Shown here: piece by piece, positions 17,414-27,512 of the stretch
Numbering within the stretch: position 1 is the first letter of the stretch
How the letters are laid out: the number at the start of each line of letters is the position of its first letter
From: Ignavibacteria bacterium RIFOXYC2_FULL_35_21
GTDB taxonomy: Bacteria > Bacteroidota > Ignavibacteria > Kapaibacteriales > UBA2268
Direction of reading: 5' to 3'
NCBI GenBank assembly: GCA_001804705.1
Contig: MHAY01000060.1
Location: 52,055-116,054 of the forward strand
DNA: 64,000 nucleotides
Made by a program: the position numbers and the translations under genes
The notes under the pieces: generated by a model
What the model saw: only the letters and a program-made list of their open reading frames with translations
Told to the model about the DNA's origin: nothing
The model's database searches: none

Positions 17414-18682
17414 CTAAAAATAAAATCTTGCCCAAATATCTAATTTTCCTTCGTATTGTTTGCTGCCATATTCGGTATTATCACTACCAACTAAAAAAGT
17501 GGGCCATAGTATAAATTCAAAGTTTGTGACTGGTTTATAACTTAAAGGCATGCCAATTATAAAGCTATTATCATTTAAATTATAAATTGTATATAAAGCA
17601 GGAGTGAAGTCAACCCAGTTAAACGGCTCCGGCAACGATATTTTTAGGTATAAGTAATCCTGCATTAGGTTTGATGAAGTAAAATAATTTTTATTCATAT
17701 TAAGTGCTTCTGATACGGAAATATTATTTCCCGATGAAATTGCATTCAAAAGAAATTTGTTGTATTCCTCATATTCTTTTAGCATTAATCCAGCATCATT
17801 ATGATAATATTCTAAAATAAATGTCATATTTAACTCATTCAACCATCTTATACCGATTAAATAAGAAGAACCACTGATTTTTTCAAGCATTAAGATACTA
17901 TCTGAAACAGTATACTTTGAATGATTATCGAACAAACTGTATTCACAATGAATTTCTAAACTTGGAAAAATGTTTCTTGAGAAATCTAATCCGATTTTCG
18001 ATGAATTTGCTTTGCTGTAATAACTCATTAAATCAATATCAGTATCCCATAATAGAAAATATAATTTTACTGCTAAATCAGTGTATTCAAGTTCGGATAT
18101 TTTATTATTAATCGTTTTTATCGAAGGTATAACAATTAAGTCAATAGCCATATTATTAATAAAGTCGCTTTGAAAGCTTTTGGAATATTGAAGATTAATA
18201 GAAAAAATACCGGACTTTGCGAGTTCAGGATTTTCCGGGTCTTTTACAGAATTGACATAACCGACAGGATTAAAGGCATATCCTTTGCCCCAATTAAGCA
18301 TTTTTTTGCCTATGATAGCATCCATATTTTGGAATAAGCTAATATTTCCATACATTTCAAATAAATTTATATCAAACTGATTGTCATTATAATATTCGGA
18401 ATGGGTTTTAATGTGAAAGCCTAAATCTTTTGTTTGATAGTCGCCATTAAGATATAATTCCATTCTGTATGATGATAAAACATCTGATAAATCCTGATTA
18501 TAAAACATTAAATTATATATAGGAGAACTTTTTCTGGTTTTATTTAATGAATATTTACTATCAAGATTCCCGCTTAATTTTAATGTTTCGACTTCACTTA
18601 ATACAAAGCTGCTATCATAGTCTTGCGCTGATAATATAGTAATCATTAATATGGAATATATAAAAATAAAAAAAGTCTTCAT
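17414..18682 (-). CDS. Predicted outer-membrane beta-barrel protein, family unknown
   Basis: Signal peptide, alternating amphipathic Tyr/Asn/Ser-rich strands, and a C-terminal ...IWARFYF aromatic terminus typical of OM barrels. Confidence 0.5.
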   Translation of the reverse strand: MKTFFIFIYSILMITILSAQDYDSSFVLSEVETLKLSGNLDSKYSLNKTRKSSPIYNLMFYNQDLSDVLSSYRMELYLNGDYQTKDLGFHIKTHSEYYNDNQFDINLFEMYGNISLFQNMDAIIGKKMLNWGKGYAFNPVGYVNSVKDPENPELAKSGIFSINLQYSKSFQSDFINNMAIDLIVIPSIKTINNKISELEYTDLAVKLYFLLWDTDIDLMSYYSKANSSKIGLDFSRNIFPSLEIHCEYSLFDNHSKYTVSDSILMLEKISGSSYLIGIRWLNELNMTFILEYYHNDAGLMLKEYEEYNKFLLNAISSGNNISVSEALNMNKNYFTSSNLMQDYLYLKISLPEPFNWVDFTPALYTIYNLNDNSFIIGMPLSYKPVTNFEFILWPTFLVGSDNTEYGSKQYEGKLDIWARFYF

Positions 18683-19416
18683 TTTCTTAAGCCTTCTAAT
18701 TTTGACATATAATTAATAGTAAAAACTTCATCCTGAAATTTTCTTGGATTAACTTTTATGTATATCATTTTTGAAAAGTATCCCTTATACAGTGGACTTG
18801 TTGTTTCAAGTATTGAAGGCCTTTTCAACCCATTACTAAAATCTTTTACTTCCTTAAATTCAAGCGTTTTTATTAGCATCCCACCCGCAGAATAGCATTC
18901 TATTTTTGTTAATATCTCATCTTTGGTTGCCCACATTTTTAATTTATCATAAGCGACGGTTTGGTTCTTTGCCTTTAAGTCCAGGATATATCCTTTTTCG
19001 TTTTTATCCGCTTTAATAACATTATATTCGGCGTTATAATCAACTTGCATTATATCGGCATTATTGAATACTCCGCCGGTAATTGACTGCAGGCTGGTAA
19101 TACGAATCGGCTTGCCGACATTGGGTATATAAAGCCACATATTATCTCCGACTCTTAAAGTTGTTCTGCCTTTTTCACTTGCAGGTGAAAGGAAAAGCAT
19201 AGCCACTTTATCCTTATCCTTTTTTACTGTATAAACATTAAATTCTTTTGTCTTTCCATCAGGATAAATATCAATTAATTTTCGATATGCTTCATAACTT
19301 GCAGGCATAAGTTTATCATCTATTCTTTTCAACAACTCATCGCCGCTTTGTGCAAAAAGCAAAAATGTTGTTGAGAAAAGAAATATTAGCAATAAGGTTG
19401 TTTTGTAGATTTTCAT
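18679..19416 (-). CDS. LolA-like outer membrane lipoprotein-sorting-type periplasmic protein
   Basis: Signal peptide, then GDELLKRIDDKL...KVAMLFLSPASEKGRTTLRVGDNMWLYIPNVGKPIRI...GGVFNNADI. This is the pattern of LolA_like proteins that accompany FtsX-type ABC permeases. Confidence 0.65.
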   Translation of the reverse strand: MKIYKTTLLLIFLFSTTFLLFAQSGDELLKRIDDKLMPASYEAYRKLIDIYPDGKTKEFNVYTVKKDKDKVAMLFLSPASEKGRTTLRVGDNMWLYIPNVGKPIRITSLQSITGGVFNNADIMQVDYNAEYNVIKADKNEKGYILDLKAKNQTVAYDKLKMWATKDEILTKIECYSAGGMLIKTLEFKEVKDFSNGLKRPSILETTSPLYKGYFSKMIYIKVNPRKFQDEVFTINYMSKLEGLRK

Positions 19417-19434
19417 AATTATTATCTCAATTTA

Positions 19435-20685
19435 TTAAACATGTCTTAATGCTTCAACCGGTTCCATTTTCGATGCCTTGATTGCCGGCTGTAAGCTTGC
19501 AAATGCCGAAATAATAATAACAATTAGCAATGTAAATAAAATTTCAGCAATTGGTATTTGAGGAGCAAGTGTAAGTTCCATCATGCCAAAAGTAAAGTTC
19601 AATTTAAATGCACTTATTATCAATAATATTAATGCGCCAAAAATATTGCCGGCAATAGCGCTGAAAAAGCCAAGAGTAAGACCTTCGCTCAAGAAAAGTA
19701 AAAGGATTTTCCCCGGCAATGTACCGATTGATGCAATTGTTCCGATTTCTCCAATCCTTTCGTAAACTGACATCATCATAACATTTAAAATGCTGATTAA
19801 AACAATTGATATTAGAACAATCCTAATAGTTATTATTAATAATGATACTATCTTTGATATACTTGCAAAAGGAGATAATTCTTCCCAAGTGTGAATTTCA
19901 AAGTTTTGATTAGTTGAATTTTTTCCATCTATTTTTAAAATATCTTTTTTCAATTTTTTTACTACGCTGTTCAATTTATTAAAATTATTCAGTTTTACAG
20001 CAATTTCAGTAATATCTCTGTTTCCAATTCTTAATATGGATTTTGCATCATCAATATGAATATATCCGTCTTTACCTTGTGGACCAAGAATGTTTTCCGA
20101 GATTCCTGAAATTCTAAAGTTCATACCATTAACCGAACCATCTTTATTAGTCGCGATTATGACAACATCGTCTCCGACTTTTAAATTCATTCCATCTGCA
20201 ATATTAAGTGGAATTACTACCGAACCCGGTTTAACAAAAGTATTTGGTTCGGAATTTCCTTTTTCTATTCTTTTTACAAGTCCTGGACAAGTTTTACTTT
20301 CGTTTTCGGGATTTACTGCAGTTAATTTTAAATTAGTTGTTTGAGTAAAATTACTTATCATAGCACCAAATTTAATCCTTTGGGAATATGCTTTTACTTC
20401 GGGATTGTTAGATAATAATTTCTCTATTCGTTTTAAATCTTTTTCAGGGATAGTAATATCCAAGGGTAAATTATCTATTGAGCTTACATATCCTTTTTTA
20501 TGTATTTGGATGTCTCCAAGATTAGATTCAGTTAGAATTCCGATAATCTCCTTGTTAAAAGAATTACCGATACCGCTGAAAATTATGACTAAAGCTACGC
20601 CCATAGTAATTAAAGAAGATGTTAATAACGTTCTGCGCTTATATCTCATGATATTTCGTATTGCTAATTTTATTATGGTTTTCAT
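19435..20685 (-). CDS. ABC transporter permease, FtsX/MacB/LolC type (module 2)
   Basis: N-terminal TM helix, a periplasmic domain of about 250 aa, three C-terminal TM helices, and a C-terminal ..PAIKASKMEPVEALRH motif. Confidence 0.85.
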   Translation of the reverse strand: MKTIIKLAIRNIMRYKRRTLLTSSLITMGVALVIIFSGIGNSFNKEIIGILTESNLGDIQIHKKGYVSSIDNLPLDITIPEKDLKRIEKLLSNNPEVKAYSQRIKFGAMISNFTQTTNLKLTAVNPENESKTCPGLVKRIEKGNSEPNTFVKPGSVVIPLNIADGMNLKVGDDVVIIATNKDGSVNGMNFRISGISENILGPQGKDGYIHIDDAKSILRIGNRDITEIAVKLNNFNKLNSVVKKLKKDILKIDGKNSTNQNFEIHTWEELSPFASISKIVSLLIITIRIVLISIVLISILNVMMMSVYERIGEIGTIASIGTLPGKILLLFLSEGLTLGFFSAIAGNIFGALILLIISAFKLNFTFGMMELTLAPQIPIAEILFTLLIVIIISAFASLQPAIKASKMEPVEALRHV

Positions 20686-21399
20686 TTAATTGTACTCCCT
20701 AAGTGTTGCATTCGTATTTTCTTGTACTGTGATAATTAGCCCGTCTTCAAGTGTATAAATGATTTCTGCTTCTTTCATAATCTTGGGGTCATGGGTAGCA
20801 AAAATAAAAGTAGTACTGAATTCATCTTTCATATTCCTCATTAACTCTAATACTTTGAAGGCAGTAATATGGTCGAGATTCGCTGTCGGTTCGTCTGCCA
20901 ACACCAGTTTCGGTTCCGTTACAAGCGCTCTTGCAATAGCTACTCTTTGCTTCTGTCCACCGGAAAGCTGGGCGGGGTACTTATCTTTTTGATCCAGCAT
21001 TCCGACTTTTTCAAGCAAGGCATTTATTTTTTGCTTTCGAATTTCTAACGGGACATTTTGCACCATTATCAGAGGATATTCAACGTTTTCATATACTGAA
21101 AGAACAGGAATGAGGTTGAAATTTTGAAAAATAAAACCGATATTTTTTCCCCTAAATTTTGCTAAGGACTTCCTGTCCATATTGTTGATTTCTGTTCCCG
21201 CCACAAACACTTTCCCTTCGGTTGATTTGTCTATACAGCCGATTAGATTAAGTAATGTAGTCTTTCCACTGCCCGAAGGCCCAATAAATGATACAAAGAG
21301 TCTTGTAGTTATTGAGAAATTTATACCATTTAATGCAGGGACGGTAATTTCTCCCATCTTATATAACTTTTTTACATCCTGAAAATTAATTAAGTCCAT
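20686..21399 (-). CDS. ABC transporter ATP-binding protein, MacB/LolD type (module 2)
   Basis: [39 protein letters not shown] and the H-loop ATHD. Confidence 0.9.
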   Translation of the reverse strand: MDLINFQDVKKLYKMGEITVPALNGINFSITTRLFVSFIGPSGSGKTTLLNLIGCIDKSTEGKVFVAGTEINNMDRKSLAKFRGKNIGFIFQNFNLIPVLSVYENVEYPLIMVQNVPLEIRKQKINALLEKVGMLDQKDKYPAQLSGGQKQRVAIARALVTEPKLVLADEPTANLDHITAFKVLELMRNMKDEFSTTFIFATHDPKIMKEAEIIYTLEDGLIITVQENTNATLREYN

Positions 21400-21500
21400 A
21401 AATATATCTCCTTGTAATTTATTTAAATATTATTATGGTTATTAGACAATGAAATATTCATAAGGTTTAATTTAATATTTGATTTCATATCTCACTTCTA

Positions 21501-21570
21501 TCACTTGCAAACATCCTGTGTACTTAAAGTTCCGGCTTCCAGATTTTTAAAATATTTCTTTTGGATTCAC
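21501..21570 (-). pseudogene. acr3: Remnant of an acr3 3' end (last 22 codons plus stop)
   Basis: Ungapped colinear match of 21501-21570 to 24302-24371, about 55/70 by hand count, with the stop codon at the same position. It reads IQKKYFKNLEAGTLSTQDVCK*, against [21 protein letters not shown] in the intact acr3. Confidence 0.7.
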
Positions 21571-21580
21571 TTAGCAGTAT

Positions 21581-22249
21581 TTAATTCACAATACTTCCTT
21601 TATCTATATGAATCCTAATATTACCATATTTAGAAGCCGTGGGACTATGCGTTACCATAGCAATAGTTATTTGATTCTCGATATTGATTCTTTTTAAAAC
21701 TTCCAAAATTTCAATAGATAAGGCAGGGTCAAGATTGCCAGTAGGTTCGTCTGCTAAAATCAGATTAGGCTTGTTTACTAAGGCTCTCGCAATTGCTACT
21801 CTTTGCTGTTGACCTGCGGATAGCTCTTTAGGTAAATGATTCATTCTATCTTTTAAACCAACTGTTTCAAGTAAATGAATGGCATAATCACTTTTAGTTC
21901 TTTCTCCGTTTTGATTCAAAGATAAAGGAATAAGTACGTTGTTTAGTACAGACAAATATGGAATCAAACTGAAATTTTGCATAACAAAACCTATATGCTT
22001 GCTTCTGATGCCGGCTAATACATTATCAGAAGCAGAATGGAGTTCATGTTTCTGAAATTTGATTGAACCTGCTGTTGGTCTTAATAATCCGGCAAGTAAC
22101 AGCAATAGAGTCGTTTTGCCTGAGCCGGAAGGTCCGGTGATTGTAACAAAATCACCTTGATTGAATCCTAAGTTAATATCCTTAATCGCTTCTACGATAC
22201 CATCTTTATGTTTGTAAAATTTCGATAATCCTTTTGTTTCTATTAACAT
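21581..22249 (-). CDS. ABC transporter ATP-binding protein, MacB/LolD type (module 1)
   Basis: [40 protein letters not shown] and VTHS. Confidence 0.9.
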   Translation of the reverse strand: MLIETKGLSKFYKHKDGIVEAIKDINLGFNQGDFVTITGPSGSGKTTLLLLLAGLLRPTAGSIKFQKHELHSASDNVLAGIRSKHIGFVMQNFSLIPYLSVLNNVLIPLSLNQNGERTKSDYAIHLLETVGLKDRMNHLPKELSAGQQQRVAIARALVNKPNLILADEPTGNLDPALSIEILEVLKRINIENQITIAMVTHSPTASKYGNIRIHIDKGSIVN

Positions 22250-22250
22250 T

Positions 22251-23468
22251 TTAAGCCTCCTGCATAATTTTATATGGTTCTATTTTACCTGCTAAATATG
22301 CAGGAATTAAAGAACCTAAAAGAGAAATAAGTAATGATATTAAAACTGACCAAAGCAAGAATATTGGTATAGGTTCAATATTCAAACCCGCTAACTGTGG
22401 TCCGAGTATTACACCTGATAAAGTACCGATAATATAACCCAATATACCGCCAATAATTCCGAGTATAGAAGCTTTAAGTAAAAGCATCTCATAAATTCTG
22501 CCCTTTGTGAAGCCAATCATTCTATAAGTTCCCAATTCTTTCTTTCTTTCATTAACATTTGCCCAGATAGAATTTCCTATTGAAATACCTCCGACAAAAA
22601 GAATTATAATTAGGAAAATAATTGAAATTTTATTCATTAATTGATTTGTCTTTATTTGCGTTGAAACAATTTGATTGATGGTAGTTATTTTAGTATCGGG
22701 TAGTATATTCCTTAATTTACCAAGCAATCCATCGCTTATTGCATTACAACAACCCATAATTTCAATGACACTCACCTGGTTTTCAATGCCGGTCAATTTC
22801 TGTACAGCATGTAAATGTGCAAATATCCTATCGTCGTCAATTGTACCTGTTTCGCCCAACACATTGAAAACTTTAAAATCACTACCGAGAATATTGACAT
22901 TTTCACCTTGTCTTAATTTCAAAGTAGTAGCAATATTAGACCCGACAATACATTCATTTTGTTGCAAAGTTTCAATTGGTTTTCTTTGAAGACGAACATC
23001 TTCATAACCGTGTGATTTATTAGCAGCGCTTGTGTCACAGGTTGCTTTCAATGCTTGTCCTGATAAACCTGAAGTTTGCCAAACGGGTTTTGAAATAATT
23101 TCATTAGAAGGCAATATACCAGTCAAAACAACGCTTTGGTTGTTGATTTTAATCCTACGAGTCAGTTTTGGAGATATATTATCTACTCCCTGTAATGTTG
23201 AAGTTCTAATCTTTTCGACATAATCTTCAGGAAAAGTTGGAGCATCTATATCTGCCGAGTAATAGTTATCAATGCTGGTTCCCTGAGGCAACACTAAAAT
23301 ATTAGCACCAAGATTATCGAGGTTGACAGCTACAGCTTTTTCTGAAACAACAGCAACAGAGCGAATACCTACTATCACTCCGATTCCAAGAGTAATTGCT
23401 AATAGTGCCGTTATCAATTGAGATTTTCGATGCCATATCTCTATTAACACTAATTTATAAATTTTCAT
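22251..23468 (-). CDS. ABC transporter permease, FtsX/MacB/LolC type (module 1)
   Basis: Same 1+3 TM topology with a large periplasmic loop. The C-terminal motif is PAYLAGKIEPYKIMQEA. Confidence 0.85.
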   Translation of the reverse strand: MKIYKLVLIEIWHRKSQLITALLAITLGIGVIVGIRSVAVVSEKAVAVNLDNLGANILVLPQGTSIDNYYSADIDAPTFPEDYVEKIRTSTLQGVDNISPKLTRRIKINNQSVVLTGILPSNEIISKPVWQTSGLSGQALKATCDTSAANKSHGYEDVRLQRKPIETLQQNECIVGSNIATTLKLRQGENVNILGSDFKVFNVLGETGTIDDDRIFAHLHAVQKLTGIENQVSVIEIMGCCNAISDGLLGKLRNILPDTKITTINQIVSTQIKTNQLMNKISIIFLIIILFVGGISIGNSIWANVNERKKELGTYRMIGFTKGRIYEMLLLKASILGIIGGILGYIIGTLSGVILGPQLAGLNIEPIPIFLLWSVLISLLISLLGSLIPAYLAGKIEPYKIMQEA

Positions 23469-23500
23469 ATTTGAATGTCCTTGTTAAATATCGTAATAAA

Positions 23501-24241
23501 TTATTTGCAGACTTTACCACTACTGGGAGGACAACAACCGCTACTGACCTTTTTATTTGCTGCTTCAACTAAGCTTTTGGCTTCGGTGATCCCGTTGAAC
23601 ATAGATGAAATCTGACCTTGTGCATTGATAACATATGTTATAGGAAATGAGGCATTTTTATCAAATTTGAATTTATTGATAAATGTTTTTTCATTTTTAT
23701 CATCAATATCCAGATTAATAATTGTGGCTTTATCTTTCAAACTCTTACAGGCTGATTGGCAGGCATCTAATTGCTTTTTACTATTCGAGTCAAATTGTTT
23801 TGAAAAGATAACGAATACAGAATTACCTTCATAAATTGCCTTTAAAACATCTTCTTCTTTAGGCGAAGGAACCATATTAACAAGTTGTTCTGGCGTCAGA
23901 TTTTGGGTGGGAGCACCTCCTGCAACAAACCCGTTGGTTGCAATTACCAATATAAGTGGAGTTGGAGCTCCTGCTAAACGATAAGTTTGTACAAGTTTAT
24001 GATTAGCAATGCTTGTTCTATCTAATTCTAATACAGTAGATTTAGAAATAGACTTTTGAGCTTTTTCTGCCAGATTCATGGCTTCCTTAGTGTTGGGATT
24101 ACCTCTTTCAGTAACTACAAGGAATACGATTTTACCATTCTTGTTTGCATTCTCAATGTCTTGCTTTGTATCAGCCAAGGATACAAATAGGTTCGCAAAA
24201 AATAATGTTGCGATTAGAACGGAAATGCTTAAATTTTTCAT
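23501..24241 (-). CDS. Exported protein with two thioredoxin-like domains lacking CxxC and a C-terminal GCCPPSSGKVCK tail
   Basis: Signal peptide. Two Trx-fold-like halves (GKIVFLVVTE...TPLILVIATNG and NSVFVIFSK...FPITYVINAQG). The final 12 aa carry a vicinal Cys pair plus a third Cys. Confidence 0.5.
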   Translation of the reverse strand: MKNLSISVLIATLFFANLFVSLADTKQDIENANKNGKIVFLVVTERGNPNTKEAMNLAEKAQKSISKSTVLELDRTSIANHKLVQTYRLAGAPTPLILVIATNGFVAGGAPTQNLTPEQLVNMVPSPKEEDVLKAIYEGNSVFVIFSKQFDSNSKKQLDACQSACKSLKDKATIINLDIDDKNEKTFINKFKFDKNASFPITYVINAQGQISSMFNGITEAKSLVEAANKKVSSGCCPPSSGKVCK

Positions 24242-24301
24242 GTGATTCTCCTAAAAATTATTTTTAAATTCTTTTATATTATAATCATTTATTTCATTCA
24301 A

Positions 24302-25384
24302 TTAAATGCGAAAATCCTGAGCAATCATAGTATCGGCTTCCTGATTTTTAAAATATTTCTTTTGGAACCACAATGCAACATTGACTAATGCAATCAGAGC
24401 CGGTACCTCAACTAATGGTCCTATTACTGCCGCAAATGCTTCACCTGAATTTATTCCGAATACTGCAACTGCTACTGCAATAGCTAATTCAAAATTGTTG
24501 CTTGCAGCCGTGAATGATAATGTAGCAGTTTTGGAATAATCTGCTCCAACTTTTTTACCCATATAAAATGAGACAAAAAACATTATAACGAAGTAAAGTA
24601 AAAGTGGTATCGCTATTCTTATTACATCAAAAGGTATTCTGACAATAAATTCCCCTTTTAAAGAAAACATTACGAATATTGTAAATAGCAAAGCTATCAA
24701 TGTAATGGGACTTATTTTAGGAATAAACTTTTTATGATACCATTCTTTGTTTTTGAATTTAATTAAAGTAAATCTGGTAAGGATGCCTGCAATGAAAGGG
24801 ATACCCAGATAAATAAATACACTTTCTGCTATTTGACCTATTGTAATATCTACCTTGAATGATTGCAGTCCGAGCCATTTTGGCAAAACTGTAATAAAAA
24901 CATAAGCATAAACGGAAAAAAACAGTACCTGGAAAATTGAGTTGAAAGCAACCAAACCTGCGGCATATTCTGTATCACCTTTGGCAAGCTCGTTCCATAC
25001 AATTACCATAGCAATACATCTTGCGAGTCCAATCAATATCAAACCAACCATGTAATGCGGATAGTCCTGAAGAAACAGAATTGCAAGAAAGAACATTAGG
25101 ATTGGACCGACAATCCAGTTTTGTACGAGTGATAATCCGAGAATTTTGAAATTCTTAAACACATCGCCCAGTTCTTCATATCTGACTTTGGCAAGCGGGG
25201 GATACATCATTAAAATTAGTCCCACGGCGATTGGAATGTTTGTAGTTCCCGATTGAAATTGGTTCCAGAAACCAACTATACCCGGGAATAAATAACCTGA
25301 CAATACACCTATAGCCATTGCAATGAATATCCACAATGTCAGGTATCTATCGAGAAAGCTAAGTTTTTGTGATATATTTTCCAT
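24302..25384 (-). CDS. acr3: ACR3-family arsenite efflux permease
   Basis: [22 protein letters not shown], and GLARCIAMV (containing the conserved Cys). Start placed at M12 (25384), just after the upstream stop. Confidence 0.9.
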   Translation of the reverse strand: MENISQKLSFLDRYLTLWIFIAMAIGVLSGYLFPGIVGFWNQFQSGTTNIPIAVGLILMMYPPLAKVRYEELGDVFKNFKILGLSLVQNWIVGPILMFFLAILFLQDYPHYMVGLILIGLARCIAMVIVWNELAKGDTEYAAGLVAFNSIFQVLFFSVYAYVFITVLPKWLGLQSFKVDITIGQIAESVFIYLGIPFIAGILTRFTLIKFKNKEWYHKKFIPKISPITLIALLFTIFVMFSLKGEFIVRIPFDVIRIAIPLLLYFVIMFFVSFYMGKKVGADYSKTATLSFTAASNNFELAIAVAVAVFGINSGEAFAAVIGPLVEVPALIALVNVALWFQKKYFKNQEADTMIAQDFRI

Positions 25385-25394
25385 TTTAATACTA

Positions 25395-26642
25395 TTATTT
25401 GTTAAACAGTTTTCCACCCATTAAATAAAAATATGCAGTTGCCCAATTTGCCAATAAAGTTGCAACACCGAAAATCAGCATACCAACACTGAACATAGCC
25501 CATGCTGATAAAATATTTCCAATAATACAACCGGTTGCAATTCCTGCACCAACTCCTATTAGAAATCCACCTAATGCCGCAATCAATATTTGACTTGGTT
25601 CCTTTGGTAAAAGTTTCGTTTGACCGGACATTAACCCGGATATAAATGCTCCAATTATAGTTCCTATTGAAAGTAGAATTAGCCATACACTGAGTTTCTT
25701 CGGTTCATATTTTGGAACGGCGACAGAAGGAATTTGAGCTGACTTTGTCTGTATGTATGTTATTGTACTATTAATATTAGTCTGTGCTTTGGGTTGAGGC
25801 TTCTGATAAATGAATCTTACATTATTATCAACAATTGCCTGATAAATATGATTAACACCATGCGTTACACCAAGAGGATAATTCCTGCCAACAGGCAATG
25901 ATGAGAGCCAAGCCAACATAGCAATTACTCCGATTGCAATACCAGTCTGCCAGGGTTTCCAGGATTTTGTAAATATCTTGTTAAATTGAAATTTGTCCTT
26001 TATGGTATTTTTTGTTCTTGTTTTCTTTTTTGAATTAATATAAATCAAAACAATAGTCAGCAGAAAAAACATTAAAACCAGCAGCCAGTACGGTAAACCT
26101 AATAACGAGTGCAGGGTAATTGCATTATCATTTTCACCATTTATAACGAAGCTAAGAAGAAATTTGTTGAATCCCTCCAGGGGGCCAAAATCAGCAAAAG
26201 AAATCCCAATTGGTATTGTTAAAAGTGCGGCAATGGAGTTAATATTTCCTGTTGCTCCTTTATACATACAACCGCTAATGCAGCCACCTCCTAAGACAGT
26301 GCCAACACCAAAAATTAATCCGCCAACTAATGCACTGAGCCAGATTAATTTTTTTGGAGCTAATTGTATGACACCTAAACTCTCAAAAATTGCAAACAGA
26401 ATCATTGATGTAAGAATTGCTATCCAGAATCCAAATAGTTTCTTAGAATCCCGCATAATGATTACTTCGCTCATAGCAGATGAACCGCACAGGTCACCCT
26501 TTTGGAGAGCAAATCCAAATAAGAAGCCAACTCCAATAGATAGGATAACCCATAATTCAGTTGCAACAGCAAGAATAACAACAGCTATAAAAAACAATGC
26601 AGAAATTGTTAATAATAATTTTAGATTATTTAATTGTCTCAT
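25395..26642 (-). CDS. YeeE/YedE-family (sulfur-compound transporter-like) membrane protein, full two-half fusion
   Basis: 415 aa with about 9-10 TM helices. Cys-containing re-entrant motifs are [21 protein letters not shown] and ATGCIIGN. Confidence 0.7.
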   Translation of the reverse strand: MRQLNNLKLLLTISALFFIAVVILAVATELWVILSIGVGFLFGFALQKGDLCGSSAMSEVIIMRDSKKLFGFWIAILTSMILFAIFESLGVIQLAPKKLIWLSALVGGLIFGVGTVLGGGCISGCMYKGATGNINSIAALLTIPIGISFADFGPLEGFNKFLLSFVINGENDNAITLHSLLGLPYWLLVLMFFLLTIVLIYINSKKKTRTKNTIKDKFQFNKIFTKSWKPWQTGIAIGVIAMLAWLSSLPVGRNYPLGVTHGVNHIYQAIVDNNVRFIYQKPQPKAQTNINSTITYIQTKSAQIPSVAVPKYEPKKLSVWLILLSIGTIIGAFISGLMSGQTKLLPKEPSQILIAALGGFLIGVGAGIATGCIIGNILSAWAMFSVGMLIFGVATLLANWATAYFYLMGGKLFNK

Positions 26643-26673
26643 AAAAATAATCCCTTTATTTTAAGTTTATATT

Positions 26674-27075
26674 TTATTTGCATATTAAACCTCTCGACTG
26701 CAATAAAATATGTATGCTGTCTTCAGAAAAAAATCCCTCATGTCTATAAAACTCAATATTGGCTGAATCAAGAAATACCTGGGTAGGCATTAACCTTATT
26801 TTATATTGTTCCGCTTCTTCTCTGTTTTTTATTACATCAATGAATTTCACAAGTATTTGGCTACCATATTTTTTTTGAATTGAATCCATTACAGGTCTCA
26901 TGTTTTGGCAAGGGATACAACTCACAGAACCAAGTTCAATAAATGTTACTTTCGTAATTGTATCTATTGGATTAATATTGTTATCACTAATATTGTCAGA
27001 GTTATTACAAGATGAAATAAGGAAACACAATATTAAAACCAATAATACTATAAATATTTTGCTCTTATTTTTCAT
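26674..27075 (-). CDS. Thioredoxin-fold lipoprotein (CIPC active site), paralog of 12126..12692
   Basis: Lipobox FLISSC, then VTFIELGSVSCIPCQNM...LMPTQVF. Confidence 0.75.
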   Translation of the reverse strand: MKNKSKIFIVLLVLILCFLISSCNNSDNISDNNINPIDTITKVTFIELGSVSCIPCQNMRPVMDSIQKKYGSQILVKFIDVIKNREEAEQYKIRLMPTQVFLDSANIEFYRHEGFFSEDSIHILLQSRGLICK

Positions 27076-27469
27076 TATAAATAAGGTTATTTAATTCCAC
27101 AGTTTCGATGTAATCAATTATTTCATCCACTTTATCTACTGTTACAGGAGTTTTCCCCTTTACTATTCCAAAATCGGTTGTATTAATGTGTTTAAAGGTT
27201 GTTATTCCTTTATCCTTTAGAATTTCTTCTGCACAATTGATAGGACATCCATCAAGGACTACAAATCTTGAGTACTCTTGTTTGGATTGTTCTGTAAATT
27301 TTTCGTCTATTGCAAATCTTGCAAGGCACAGCATTTTAGATTTACCTCTTTGCATTAGTTTACGGGCAACCAAATCTGAATATGCACCTGTGTTTGATGC
27401 CCCTGAACAAGCGACGATTCCAACTTTTCCATCTTCCATTTTTAATCTTTCTGTATCATTTATTATCAA
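27065..27469 (-). CDS. DGC-domain (putative zinc-binding) protein
   Basis: VACSGASNTGAYSDLVARKL...MLCLA...VVLDGCPINCAEEILKDKGI contains the eponymous D-G-C motif and conserved Cys. The start may be M11 (27439). Confidence 0.7.
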   Translation of the reverse strand: MIINDTERLKMEDGKVGIVACSGASNTGAYSDLVARKLMQRGKSKMLCLARFAIDEKFTEQSKQEYSRFVVLDGCPINCAEEILKDKGITTFKHINTTDFGIVKGKTPVTVDKVDEIIDYIETVELNNLIYNEK

Positions 27470-27512
27470 AAATCATATTCAGACTTATATAAACAAATGT
27501 TATAATCTATAA

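Noticed and set aside
25402-26664. ORFs 25402..25686 (minus) and 26164..26664 (plus).
   Set aside because: Both are alternative-frame or antisense ORFs inside the YeeE/YedE gene, with composition typical of TM-gene shadows.
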